Source: Mobula hypostoma (taxonomy: Eukaryota). Taken from it: a DNA stretch of 64,000 nt. Location: positions 148,926,001 through 148,990,000 of the forward strand of contig NC_086097.1 of NCBI RefSeq assembly GCF_963921235.1, read 5' to 3'. The notes below the pieces were generated by a model. That model was not told where the DNA came from and searched no databases. It worked only from the letters and a program-made list of their open reading frames with translations. The translations under genes and the position numbers were made by a program. The number at the start of each line of letters is the position of its first letter. Positions within the stretch are counted from its first letter, which is position 1. Below are positions 1 through 12,335 of this stretch, one piece after another.

Positions 1-760
1 GACACTTCATCTGTGAGTCGGCTGGGGTGATATACTGCGTCCGGCGCTCCCAGTGCGGCCTTCTGTATATTGGCGAGACCCGACAAAGGCTGGGAGACCG
101 TTTCGCTGAACACCTACACTCTGTCTGCCAGAGAAAGCAAGATCACCCAGCAGCCACACATTTTAATTCCACGTCCCACTCCCATTCTGATATGTCTGTC
201 CACGGCCTCCTCTACTATCAAGATGAAGCCACACTCAGGTTGGAGGAACAACACCTTATATTCTGTCTGGGTAGCCTCCAACCTGATGGTACGAATATCG
301 ACTTCTCTAACTTCCATTAATGCCCCTCCTCCCCTTCACACCCCATCCCTTATTTATTTAATATATTCCCCTCCCCGCCTTTTTTTCTCTTTTTTTCTCC
401 CTCTGTCCCTCTCATTATAACTCCTTGCCTGCTGTCCACCCTCCAGGCACCCTTCTCTTTCTCCCCAGGCTTCCTGTCCCATGATCCTCTCCCTTCTCCA
501 GCCTGGTATCCTTCTTACCAATCAACTTTCCAGCTCTTAGATCCACCCCTCCCATCCTGTCTTCTCCTATCATGTCATCTCCCCCTCCCCTTCCCTCTTT
601 CAAATCTCTTACTTTCTCTTCTTTCAGTTAGTCCTGAAGAAGGGTCCCAGCCCGAAACGTCGACTGTACCTCTTCCTAGAGATGCTGCCTGGCCTGCTGC
701 GTTCACCAGCACTTTTTGTGTGTGTTGCTTGAATTTCCAGCATCTGCAGATTTCCTCGTG
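1..760 (+). mobile_element. Penelope-like retroelement 3' fragment (GIY-YIG endonuclease C-terminus plus pseudo-LTR)
   Basis: ORF 27..320 IYCVRRSQCGLLYIGETRQRLGDRFAEHL has the GIY-YIG pattern; followed by a pyrimidine-rich tract and the terminal repeat recurring at 3925, 7872, 29143, 49525. Confidence 0.85.
630..665 (+). ncRNA. Minimal type I hammerhead ribozyme motif in Penelope pseudo-LTR
   Basis: AGTC-CTGAAGA-AGGGTCCCAGCCC-GAAAC-GTC-GACT: core CUGANGA/GAAA, stem I AGTC/GACT, stem II GGG/CCC, palindromic ACGT stem III, GUC cleavage triplet. Confidence 0.7.
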
Positions 761-789
761 TCTGTGTATTTAGAGATATGGATGGGTTA

Positions 790-1218
790 GTCAGGGTTAG
801 CTGGTACAGTATCTGCAGGAGGTGCTGTCTCAAAAAGGTGGCATTAATCATCAAGGATCCTACCATTGGTGTTAGGCCCTGTTATTGTAGCTAGCATCAG
901 TCAATGCATATGGAAGCCTGAAGTCCCATACCACCAAGCTGGGGAACCATCAAGTTCTTGAACTGCCTTGCACAGCCCTAACTAACCAATGTAGCACTGT
1001 GGACCAACTCTAACACAACAGTGGACCAGTCTCTGATTGTGTCTTTGTTTTTTTTTGGGTTAGGATGCTGTTTTTGCATAACTTTCTCCTCTCTTCATTG
1101 TCTTATATAATTTGTTCAGTGTTATCTGTAGTTTACATACCAGTAATGCTGCTGCATGCAAGTTTTCCATTGTATCTACTCGTGCATTTAACAATAAACT
1201 TGACTGGAATTGACTTGA
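790..1218 (+). mobile_element. Degenerate Rex1/Babar-type LINE 3' end
   Basis: aggtgctgtctcaaaaaggtggcattaatcatcaaggat resembles the RCLRKAASIIKD C-terminus seen at 58292..58501; ends AATAAAC plus (ttgac)n tail. Confidence 0.55.
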
Positions 1219-2334
1219 TGTAATGTATTATGAACAATCAGTTAAGACCATTAAAGAATTCTGTAGTCATTAAGCGCTATTTTACCTATCAATTTCTTTG
1301 TGGGGGGGGGAAAGAAAATTGCTGGCACTATAATGAATTTGTTAGACATATTGTGAAAGTTGATATGATCAGTATCGGCAATAGAATTGTTGACGTTTGT
1401 TTCTGCTGCTGTGAGAATATAATGTGTCAAATGTTGCCTAGCTCCTGGACAAAATGATCCTTGTGTACAATATTCAATAATGACAATCTTGGGCACTGTC
1501 TTTTTCTCCGGGTTTGGAAAGTCAAGAATTGGAGGGCATAAGTTATAGTTAGCAGAATGAGATGTAATAGGAACCTGAGGGGCAACTTTTACACCCAGAG
1601 GATGGGTCAGTGTATGGAATGAGCTGCCAGAGGAAGTGGTTGAAGCAGGTACACTAACAGCATGTTAAAGACACCTGGACGAGTTGCATGGACAGGAAAG
1701 GGTTTGGAGGTAAACAGCCCAAACTCGGGCAAATGAGACTAGCTTAGATAAGCATCTTGATTGAGGTTGACTATCCAGGCAGAACGGGTTGTTTCAATGC
1801 TCTGTGTCTCTAACCTTTGTATAGAGCACATTTCCCTGTCATCAGGAAAGCTGATTTTCCCCAACATCTTTCTGCCCCCACACATTTTTTTCTCCTTCAA
1901 TTTCATAGCTCTTCTTGACACCAGTTTTGAGTGTCTGGAAGGTTGAAAGAATAGTTGACAGCAGCTGTTTCATTCAAGTAGTTTCTCTGGACAAGACTAA
2001 TTGACTTGCTCAAAGGTGAGTTTTGTTTTATACTTCCCTTCTATGGAAATTCAGCTTTGTCCACTTTTGGTCCCTCAGGGACATCAAATCCAAGCCTAAA
2101 GATCCTTTATCAGTTCCTTCATGCTTTTAGTCTGAAATGACTGATTATAAAGTATTGAGATTAGCCCAAAACAAACATGAGATTGAACCAAGAATTTATG
2201 GAATATTGAGTTCCACATTAGCTTTTGAGATGCTAAAGGCCTCTGAATCTTGATCTCAGTTGAAAAGGTGTTATCTCTAGTAAATAATTGATAAGCAGAA
2301 ATGACATTGTATTGTTTTCTATTGAAATCTACAG

Positions 2335-2478
2335 GGTGAGAAGGATTTGCAGAAATATGAAATTGCCCGGCGTCTGAAGGACAGAATTGACGCAATCCGA
2401 CGTCAATATCGTGTAGATTGGAAATCAAGGGAAATGAAATCACGACAGAGAGCAGTGGCACTTTATTTCATTGACAAA
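2335..2478 (+). CDS. TOP1MT: Type IB DNA topoisomerase (TOP1MT lineage), internal exon
   Basis: acag|GGT...AAA|gt; 48 codons [48 protein letters not shown]. Confidence 0.9.
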
Positions 2479-3113
2479 GTATAGTATTTTATATTTCTGT
2501 TTAGCACATTGAAGTTAAATTAACTCAATGCAGGACATTTTTCCTTTTTAACATTTCCACAGACCATGAATAATTCAGTTGCAGGTATAGCCAGGGAAAA
2601 AAGTATTTGTCTTTTAGGGACCTATAGAAAATACTGCATGTAGAGGGAGAGGACACAATTACCAAAAGTACCTTCCCGTATACTTAACAAAAATTGTAAA
2701 GGATTTGGACCTAGCACCAAGCCTTGGGGAGCACCACTAGGACCATGGGACTCCAGTCTGAAAAACAACCTTCCACCATGAAGACATGAGAGACAACTGA
2801 TACTGGAATCTGGATTAACAAACAGTAATCTGGAGGAACACAGTATGTCGTGCAGCATCTGTGGGAGGAAAAAAGTTGATGTTTCGGGTCAAAACCTGCA
2901 TCATTCCTGAGTTCCTTCAGCTCATGGTTGTTCCAACTTTACACCATCATTCTCTGTGTTCTACCATAAAGCCAATTCTGCATCCAAAAAGCTAGCTGTC
3001 CCTGGGTTCCATGCAGTCTCTCTCCATAGCAGCCTACCATGTGAAATCTTATCAAAGGCTTTACTGTTCACCTTAGCATTGACCATCAACATGCCTCTCT
3101 CAGAACTTGCTTT

Positions 3114-3790
3114 CATAGAAACATAGAAAATAGGTGCAGGAGTAGGCCATTCGGCCCTTCGAGCCTGCACCGCCATTTATTATGATCATGGCTGATCATC
3201 CAACTCAGAACCCCACCCCAGCCTTCCCTCCATACCCCCTGACCCCCGTAGCCACAACGGCCATATCTAACTCCCTCTTAAATATAGCCAATGAACTGGC
3301 CTCAACTGTTTCCTGTGGCAGAGAATTCCACAGATTCACCACTCTCTGTGTGAAGAAGTTTTTCCTAATCTCAGTCCTAAAAGGCTTCCCCTTTATCCTC
3401 AAACTGTGGCCCCTCGTTCTGGACTTCCCCAACATCGAGAACAATCTTCCTGCATCTAGCCTGTCCAATCCCTTTAGGATTTTATACGTTTCAATCAGAT
3501 CCCCCCTCAATCTTCTAAATTCCAACGAGTACAAGCCCAGTTCATCCAGTCTTTCTTCATATGAAAGTCCTGCCATCCCAGGAATCAATCTGGTGAACCT
3601 TCTTTGTACTCCCTCTATGGCAAGTATGTCTTTCCTCAGATTAGGGGACCAAAACTGCACACAATACTCCAGGTGTGGTCTCACCAAGGCCTTGTACAAC
3701 TGCAGTAGTACCTCCCTGCTCCTGTACTCGAATCCTCTTGCTATAAATGCCAGCATACCATTCGCCTTTTTCACCGCCTGCTGTACCTGC
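3114..3790 (-). mobile_element. CR1 LINE, young 5'-truncated 3' fragment
   Basis: ORF 3205..3810 (LYKALVRPHLEYCVQFWSP, RTRGHSL, FFTQRVVNLWNSLP) and (catagaaa)n tail. Confidence 0.9.
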
Positions 3791-3854
3791 ACGTCCTTGG
3801 TGAATACCAATGAGGCTTATTCATGTAGGATTTCACGTCCCATGGGTTCATACA

Positions 3855-4770
3855 CTAATTACTGATCTCTAAGGAGAGAAAATTCAAAAAAATTGAGGTG
3901 CAAAGGGACTTGGGAATCCTTGCAACACACACAAAAATTGCTGGTGAACACAGCAGGCCAGGCAGCATCTATAGGAAGAGGTACAGTTGAAGTTTCGGGC
4001 CGAAACCCTTCTTCAGGACTTCCTGAGTCTGCTGCATTCACCAGCAATTTTTATGTGTGTTGCTTGAAATTCCAGCATCTGCAGATTTCCTGGTGTTTAC
4101 GTTGGGAATCCTTGTGCAGGATTCCCTAAAGGTTAATTTGCAGGTTGAGTCTGGTAAGGAATGCAAATGCAATGTTAGCATTCAGTCCAAGAGGAGTAGA
4201 ATATAAAAGCAAGGATGTAATACTGAAACTTTAAAAGTGAGGCCTCACTTGGAGTATTGTGAGCAGGTTTGGGCACCCCTTACCTTAGAAAGGATGTGCA
4301 GAAACTTGAGAGAGTTCAAAGGAGTTTCATGAAAATGATTCCAGGATTGAATGACTTGTCATATGAGGAGTATTTGATGGCTCTGGGCTGTATTCACTAG
4401 AATTCAGAAGAATGAGGGGTGACCTTACTGAAACCTATCGAATGGTGAAAGGCCTTGATAGAGTGAATGTGGAAAGGATGTTTCCCAGATACAGCCTCAG
4501 AATTGAGGGGTGTCCCTTTAGAAAGGAGATGAGGAATTTCTTTAGCCAGAGAGTGGTGAATCTGTGGAATTCTTTGCCACAGGCAGCTGTGGAAGCCAAG
4601 TCTTTATGTATATTAAAGGCAGAGTTTGATAGATTCTTGATTGGTCAGGGCATGAAGGGATGTGGGGAGAAGGCAGGAGATTAGAGCTGTGAAGAAAATT
4701 GAATCAGTCATGATGAAATAATGGAGCAGATACAATGGATCAAGTGGCCCAATTGTACTAAAAATAAACA
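3855..4770 (+). mobile_element. Degenerate CR1 LINE 3' part interrupted by a Penelope pseudo-LTR (about 3925-4100)
   Basis: ORF 4412..4684 FFSQRVVNLWNSLP; ttgggaatccttg is duplicated on both sides of the insert. Confidence 0.8.
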
Positions 4771-5094
4771 AACAAAATTACTACTGTTGGATACCTCTTA
4801 CCCTTAATGTACTTATAGAATGTTTGAGTGCTCAATTTTACCTCCAAGGATATTTCATTGTTTGTGTTTTGCCTCCCAATTCCTTTAGTTCCTCCTTACA
4901 TCCTCAGTATTCCTCAAAGACTTGCTTGGTTCCAGTTTCTGCATGCCATGTGCTATTTTCTCCCTTCCGATCAAGCCTTCAATATCCCTTATCCAAGGTT
5001 AATTTCATCTTTCCAGAACAAGCTGTCCCTAAACTCTTACTTTCAAGAGTCCCACATGTTAGATGTAATTTCTCCATTAAGTATCTTGTCACAT

Positions 5095-5290
5095 GTGTGC
5101 CAGTGGTATAATTGTATCAGGACTTTGGAACAAGAGGTTCCAGGTTTGAATCCCACCGGCTCTTTGCACACTTTCCATCCAGGCCGGGTTGAGCACTGAA
5201 CTGGCAGTTCAGTATTGTAAAACAGACAAATGCTAAAGAAACGGAAAGGTTGCTGCCTGATGCACCAAACAAGGTGCAGGGTGGAACTTT
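5095..5290 (+). mobile_element. Probable tRNA-derived SINE
   Basis: Head cagtggtataa...ggtttgaatccc resembles pol III A and B boxes; no complete cloverleaf. Confidence 0.45.
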
Positions 5291-5574
5291 GCGCATCTGG
5301 TCACAATCTACTTTATCCAGATGCAATCATGCATTGATATATTGATATCAGCCTTTCCCTCTTTTAGGACTTGAGGACCAACGTTATTTATTTTCATAAC
5401 TACTTTGAAAGAGTAGAGGATTTGCTTACCTGTAATTCATTCTTTAAAGCTGGTTTATAGCTTGTTCATTGTTCAGCAAAGCTGACAAGACTAGTTTGTA
5501 AGTGGCTGAAATGCACATCAGTTTAGTGGTTTCACTATATTTCATTCAAGAAATCCATTGAAAGGGATGCGAAG

Positions 5575-5800
5575 TTTTGAGCAGTGGCCAATCAGAGATC
5601 TGAAGCATGAGAAGACATGGCTCTTTCGGATTTGCCAATTGACTGCATAAGGCATCAACTCGCGGCACTTTGGTATTTTGAGCAAGCAGCCAATCGGAAA
5701 TCCAAAGTGTGAGAGGACATAGCACACAGGTTTGCCAATTGATTACATAAGTTATCAACTCGCGGTAGTTTGGTGCTTTGACCAGTGGCCAATCAGCAAT
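5575..5800 (+). repeat. About 100-bp imperfect tandem units with CCAAT boxes upstream of a CR1 5' end
   Basis: tttgccaattga..cataag..atcaactcgcgg..tttggt..tttga..gccaatc at about 5631-5700 and 5731-5800, partial unit at 5575. Confidence 0.7.
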
Positions 5801-7660
5801 TTGGATTGATTGGCAAGAATGATTTAAATTAAGGCAGGGGTAAGAGGAGTGGCCAATGTTGGAATGGACAAGTTAGTGGGAATTTTGAGGCTCCAGCATG
5901 GAGATACTTGAGTGAGAGATGGCAAAAAAGCTGTTGGAGGGTTTTTTCCCTACTGTTTGTTTGTTGTTCTTCTTTGTATTTGGTCAGGACAGAAGAGATG
6001 CCAGGCATGATAGTTGGATGCTCTTCTTGAGGGATTTGGGAAGTCCCTAACGACTACACCCGCAAGAAATGCATCCATTGGCAGTATCCGGCACTCCACG
6101 TTAATGAGTTAGGGTTGAAACTCCATGTTCTGGAGGCTGAAACGGTGATGGATAGGATGTATAGAGAGCTAGTTACACCCAAGGGGCAGTACACAGGAAA
6201 CAGGGTGACAGGAAGGGGAAGGGGGTTAAACTGCCAGTGCAGAGTACCCCTGTGGGCCATTCCCATCAACAACAAGTATACCACTTTGGATACTGTTGGG
6301 CAAGATAACCTAGCAGAGGAAAGTCAAAGTGGTCAGCTCTCTGGCACTGTCTGGCTCTGACTCAGAAGGGAAGGGAGACGAAGAGGTGAGTTGTGGTGAT
6401 AGGGTACTCGTTAGTTCGGGATAGAGAATGGAGGCTCTATGGACGAGAACAAATTCCTGAATGGTTTGTTCCCTCCTGGGTTTCAGTGCTCAGAATATTT
6501 CGGATTGAATCCTCAGCATTCTTGGGTGGGAGGGAGAACAGCCAGAGGTTGTGATCCATGTAGTTACTAATGACATAGGAAGGAAGAGTGACGAGGTTCT
6601 GCAAAGTGAGTTCAGGAAGTTGGGTGTTAAGTTAAAGTGCAGGACCTCCTGGGTTGTGGTCTCAGGATTGATACCATACCACGTGCTAGTGACGCCAGAA
6701 ACAGGAATCATACAGTTTAATTTGTGACTAAGGTGTTGGTGTAGGAGTGAGGTCATCAGAATTTTAGATCATTGTGCTCTGTTCTGGAGAAGGTGGGAAC
6801 CTGTACAGAAGGGACAGTTTGCACCTGAACTGGACAGGGACTAATACCCCAGTGGGAAAGGTTTGCTTGTGCTGCAGTGGGGGTGGGGAGATGGGTTTGT
6901 TAAACGAGTTGCATGGGGATGGGATGATGGAGACAGCAGCCAGAGAACTGGAAATGAATACCAATGAATTGATCCACTTGACCCGAAACAGGAGTGTGTG
7001 GGTCATGGCAGTCAAAGCTTAATCTGGGTATGGCACCTGCTGATGATGATGGGGATGGGAACTAGAGTGCCAGAGCAGATGGTGGAAAGGTTGTGGAGAC
7101 AAATGTCGTTAAGACTTTAGACAAAGTCAGGAATCAAAAGGTTGAGCATGGTGCAACTAATGTGCTGAGCTGCATATATTTCAATGCAAGTACTATCTTA
7201 GGAAAGGCAGATGAACTCAGAGCATGGGTCAACACATGGAATTACGATACATCAGTAAGACTTGGTTGAAGGAGAGGCAAAACTGCCAGCTCAGTATTTC
7301 GAGGCTCCATTGTTTTAGAGGTGACAGAGCGGGAGAGGTTAAAGGAGGAGGGGTGGTGTTACTAGTCAGGGAAAATGTCACTGCATTGCTCAGTCAGGAC
7401 GGACTGGAGGACTCATCTAGTGAGGCATTATGGGTGGAACTAAAGAATAAAGGTATGATGGCAGTAACGGGGCTGTATTACAGACCACCCAACAGTCTGC
7501 GGGACTTAGAAAAAACAAATTTGTAGGGAGATCAGACTGTTGCAGGAAACGGGGTTGTTATAGTAGGTGATTTTTAACTTTCCACATTGACTGGGACTCC
7601 CATACTGTGAAGGGACTAGATGGGATAGAGTTTGTCAAATGTGTTCAGGAAAGTTTCCTT
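5800..7660 (+). mobile_element. Degenerate CR1 LINE 5' half (ORF1 with esterase-like domain, start of APE endonuclease)
   Basis: RRDSLHLNWTGT (SGNH-like), [34 protein letters not shown]; many stops and frameshifts. Confidence 0.8.
6925..7048 (+). mobile_element. Short 5'-truncated RTE LINE insertion inside CR1 ORF1
   Basis: Near-identical to 45508-45635; (gat)n tail; TSD atggggatggga at 6913-6924 and 7049-7060. Confidence 0.85.
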
Positions 7661-7868
7661 AATATTGCCTTTAAAGAGAGTGAACTCTTGCAAGGCAGAA
7701 GGTCCGATGGAGTACCTGGTATGGCTCTGAAAACCTGTGCCAGCCAATTAGCAGGGGTATTCAAGGACATTTTCAACCTCTCACTGCTACGAGCAGAAGT
7801 TCCACTTGCTTTAAAAAGGAAACAATTATACCAGTGCCGAAGGAGAATAATGTGGGCTGCCTTAACGA
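7660..7868 (+). mobile_element. Rex1/Babar LINE RT N-terminal fragment
   Basis: [27 protein letters not shown]. Confidence 0.7.
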
Positions 7869-7871
7869 CTC

Positions 7872-8728
7872 AAACACGAGGAAATCTGCAGATGCTGGAA
7901 TTTCAAGCAATACACATAAAAGTTGCTGGTTAAAGCAGCAGGCCAGGCAGCATCTCTAGGAAGAGGTACAGTCGACATTTTGGGCAGAGACCCTTCGTCA
8001 GGACAAACTGAAAGAAGAGCTAGTAAGAGATTTGAAAGTGGGAGGGGGAAGGGGAGATCCAAAATGATAGGAGAAGACAGGAGGAGAGGGATGGAGCCAA
8101 GAGCTGGTAAGTTGATTGACAAAAGGGATATGAGAGGATCATGGGACAGGAGGCCTAGGGAGAAAGAAAGGGGGAGGGGGGAAGCCCAGAGGATGGGCAG
8201 TAACGGATGGGGTATGAGGGGGAGGTGGGGCATTAGCGGAAGTTAAAGAAGTCGATGTTCATGCTGTCAGGTTGGAGGCTACCCAGACGGAATATAAGGT
8301 GTTGTTCCTCCAACCTGCGTATGGCATTATGGCATCATATTTACAGTAGAGGAGGCCTTGGATTTCCCTACGCGACTCCCTTGTCCATTTGTCCCCCCCA
8401 TCCCTCCCCACCGATCTCCCTCCAGGCACTTATCCTTGTAAGTGGAACAAGTGCTACACACGTTTCCTCCCTCACAACCATTCAGGGCCCCAGACAGTCC
8501 TTCCAGGTGAGGCGATACTTCGCCTGTGAGTTGGCTGGGGTGATATACTGCGTCCGGTGCTCCCGATGCGGCCTTCTATATATTGGCAAAACCTGACGCA
8601 GACTGGGAGACCGCTTTGCTGAACACCTACGCTCTGTCCACCAGAGAAAGCAGGATCTCCCAGTGGCCACACATTTTAATTCCACGTCCCATTCTCATTC
8701 TGATACGTCTATCCACAGCCTCCTCTAT
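7872..8728. mobile_element. Penelope-like element: inverted pseudo-LTR (-) joined to GIY-YIG fragment (+)
   Basis: 7872-8330 is the reverse complement of the 230-760 type sequence; 8500-8728 encodes VIYCVRCSRCGLLYIGKT. Confidence 0.85.
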
Positions 8729-9452
8729 GATACAGGCTTGCTCTGTTAACAGCAGATACCAGCTGGTCCAGTTTAAAGTTGTCCACTGTCTTCACTATTC
8801 TAAACTCAAGTTGCACAAGATTTACTCTTTTGTCTCGCCAATGTGTGATTGATGTCAAGGGATGGAGGGCACGTTGTCACACACCTTTTGGTTTTGCCCT
8901 TCACTGACGGGATTTTGGTCCAAAATATTTGACTGGTACTCAAAAGCCTATAAAAGATCATTCCCTTTGGAAGCTGGTCTCGCCACCTTTGCCTGTTCAC
9001 AATCCACTCTATGCTTCCCTACAGTCATACAGCAGTCTCTGATGCTGGGGATGACTGTCACCAAAAGACTTATCTTGAGGGAATGGAAATCACCCTCTTT
9101 CCCCCTTCCTTCCAGAGATGGATGGCTGACATGATCTCAGTCATACAGATGGAGAGACTCAAGTTCTTGAGAACCAATTCAATTATAAAATTTTTGGCTA
9201 ACTGGGACCTATTTCTTGTCTACCTAGAGGAGGCTGGGGGCAGATGAATAATTTCCCCCCAGCTGATTTCTCACGGCCCTCATTCGAGACTTAATGTTTA
9301 GCATTATGTATAACAGGCATCCCTCTAATGTTATGCCCCTTTTTTTTCCTTAGCTTATTTTATTTTATTTTTACACGTGTCTGAGCTTATATGTTCTTGT
9401 TAATTTTATTGTATTTTGAAAATAAAGTATTGCAAATTTTTTTAAAAAAATA
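8728..9452 (+). mobile_element. L1/Tx1-clade LINE 3' end (ORF2 C-terminal Cys/His domain)
   Basis: QLVQFKVVHCLHYSKLKLHKI...SPMCD*CQGMEGTLSHTFWFCPSL; AATAAA at 9421 followed by an A-rich tail. Confidence 0.75.
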
Positions 9453-9454
9453 AT

Positions 9455-10705
9455 TTACAAGGATGTTTCCAGGACTGGGGGACCTGAGTTGTAAGGAAAA
9501 GATTGAATAGGATAGGACTTTCTTTTTTGGAACATAGAAAATTGAGAGGATATTTGATAGAGGTGTACAAAATTGAGGGGTATGGATAGGGTAAATCCAC
9601 ACAGGCTTTTTCCACAGAGGTTGGGTGGGACCACACCTAGAGGTCATGGGTTAAATGCGAAAGGTGAAAGCTTAATGGGAACATGAGGAGAAACTACTTT
9701 ACTCAGAGGGTCATGAGAGTGTGGAATGAGCTGCCAGTGCAAGTGGTGCATGTGAGCTTGAGTTCAACTTTGAGGATTTTGGATAGTCACATGAATGTTA
9801 GACCTTAAGACATAGGAGCAGAATTAGGCCATTTGACCCATTGAGTCTGCTCCGCCATTCAATCATGGCTGATCTTTCTTTCCTTTCCTCAGCCTTCTCT
9901 CAGTAACCTTTGATGCCACGGCCAGTTAAGAACCTGCCTTAAATACACCCAATGACCTGGCCTCCACTGCTGCATGTGATAACAAATTCAACACTCTCTG
10001 GTTATAGAAATTTCTACACATCTGTTTTAAATGGATGCCCCTTTTTCCTGGGGCTGTGCCCTCTTGTCCTAAACTCCTCCACCATGGGAAACATCCTTTC
10101 CACTTCAGTTCTGTCTAAGCCTTTCAACATTCGAAAAGTTTCAATAAGATCCCCATCATCCTTCTAAATTCCAGAGAGTACAGCCCCAGAGCCCTCAAAT
10201 GTTCCTCATATAACCTTTTTATTCCAGGAATCATCCTTGTGAACTACCTCTGAATCCTCTCCAATGCCAACACATCTTTTCTTGGATAAGGAGCCCAGAA
10301 GTGTTCACAATACCTCAGTTGAGGCCACACCAGTGCCTTATAAAGCCTTGGCATCACATCCCTGCACATATATTCGAGACCTCTTAAAGTGAATGCTCAC
10401 ATTGTGTTTGCCTTCCTCACCACCGACTCAACCCACAAATTAACCTTTAGGGTGTTCTGCACAAAAGCTCCTAATCCCTTTGCATCTCAAATTTTTGGAT
10501 TTTCTCCCATTTTTGGAAAATAGGCTGCACGTTTATTTTCAAAGTACATGACCATGCATTTTCCAAAATTGTATTTCATTTGCAACTTTCTTGCCCATTC
10601 TCCAAATCTACCCAAGTCCTTCTGCAGCCTTCCTATTTCTTCCACACTACCTGCCCCTTCACCAGTCTTCGTTATAATTTGCAAACTTGGCAACAAAGCA
10701 TCATC
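9455..10705. mobile_element. Two degenerate CR1 3' fragments, tail to tail (+ 9455-9800; - 9805-10705)
   Basis: CR1 C-terminal motifs on both strands; taagacataggagcagaattaggccatt tail at about 9807. Confidence 0.75.
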
Positions 10706-11139
10706 TGAAGCGTTGTTCAGGGTATGGAGAGCAGGTCAATGGAAATAGGCATTTTAAATGGTTCGGCAGAGAGCAGATGAGGGCCTCTTTCTGAGCTGTG
10801 CTTTCCTATTACTTTAATCGTATATTTAAACTTGAGACGTACAGTACACATGAACTGATGATTTACTGGAAAACCTGAAGTTCATGTCATTACTCTCACA
10901 AATTGCAGCCCGTTGATTAAAGTTTTTGAATAAAATGTGACCAATAAAAATTTCCTTACATTTTTTTCCTACTTGATTCCATGAGATTAATTTAAATTCT
11001 CACTATTCTAACAATTTATCGTTCTGTGTAGTTTTTCTATTGATCTTTTCCACCAAGTTCCTCTTACCATTTGAGTATAGTAAACATGTAGTAATCCAAT
11101 AGCAATTTTCTGTGTGTTAATTTCAGACAAAATAAAAAT

Positions 11140-12335
11140 ATCCTTTTTCTCATACTGTTTCCATCTCGGGAGACAAACCATTTACCAATATCTTTTGTAA
11201 ACCTACAGAATCACACAGCTATCTTGACTATACCTCTCCAACCCTTCTGCTAAAATACTATTCCTTCTTCTCATTTCCTTTGTCTCTGCTGCATCTGTTC
11301 CTAGGATGAGGCTTTTCTTTCCAGGACATAACAGATTCCCTCCTTCAAAGAATGGGATTTCCCTTGCCCCACCATTGAGCTGCCCACACCCACATCTCCT
11401 ACATTTCCCGGACGGCTGTGGTCACCCCAGCTTCCTGCTGCCTTAAGAAGGATAGAGTTGCTCTTGTCCTCGCCCACCACCCCCAAGCCTCTGTGTCCAA
11501 CCCATCGTTCTCCACAACTTCTGGCATCTTCAATGAACCCTACCATCAAGCATATCCTTTACTTCCTTCACCCATGCCCCCTCCCCCTTTCCGCAGGGAT
11601 CGCTCCTTCCATGATTCTCTTATTCATTTGTCCCTCTCCACTAATATCCCTCCTAGCACTTATCCTTGCAAGTGGAGTAAGTGCCACACCTGCCTATTCA
11701 CCTCCTCCCTCATCAGTCCTTCCAGCTGCAGCAACAATTCACCTGTGAATCTATTGGTGTCTGCTCTGTTCCATCTGCAAAATGCAGAATTTCCCCGTGC
11801 CCAAACAATTTAATTCCTGTCCCCATTTCCATTCCAATATGTCGATTCATGGCCTCTTCTGCCACAATGAGATCACTCACAGGGTGGGGGAGTAACGTCT
11901 CATATGGTGTATAGGTAGCCTCCAACCTGGTGGCATGAATATCATCTATTTCTCATTCTGGCAATTTTTTTCCCTCCCCTTCCCCTCTTCTGTTCCCCAA
12001 TCTGGCTTCTTATCTCTTCTCACCTACCTATCACCTTCCCCTCATGTCGCTTCTCCTTCTTTCTCCCATAGTCCACTCTCCTCTCCCATCAGATTTCTTC
12101 ATCTCCAGACTTTACCTTTTCCACTCAGCTTCTTACTTCATCCCCCCTTCCCCCACCCACCTGGCTCCATCTATGGCTTTTTAGCTTGTCCTGTTTCCCT
12201 TTTCCCCACCTTTTCATTCCCCTTTCCTTTCCAGTGTTCATGAAGGATCTCAACCCAAAAACATTGACTGTTTATTCATTTCCATAGATGCTGCCTGATC
12301 TGCTGAGCTTCTCCAGCATTTTGTGTGTGTTGCAG
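11140..12335 (+). mobile_element. Old Penelope-like element (RT C-terminus, decayed GIY-YIG, pseudo-LTR)
   Basis: ISGDKPFTNIFCKPTESHSYLDYTS resembles the PLE KPTDSHSYLDYTSSHP motif; terminal repeat at 12230-12335. Confidence 0.75.

Noticed and set aside
2096..2461. Antisense ORFs over topoisomerase exons (also 21929..22270, 22656..22913)
   Set aside because: Shadow frames of real exons with no independent protein features
3182..3865. 227-aa + strand ORF and similar ORFs opposite LINEs (35273..36028, 45215..45592)
   Set aside because: Antisense shadows of CR1/RTE ORF2
5095..5160. tRNA gene candidate
   Set aside because: A/B-box-like motifs but no cloverleaf or T-run terminator; better explained as a SINE head
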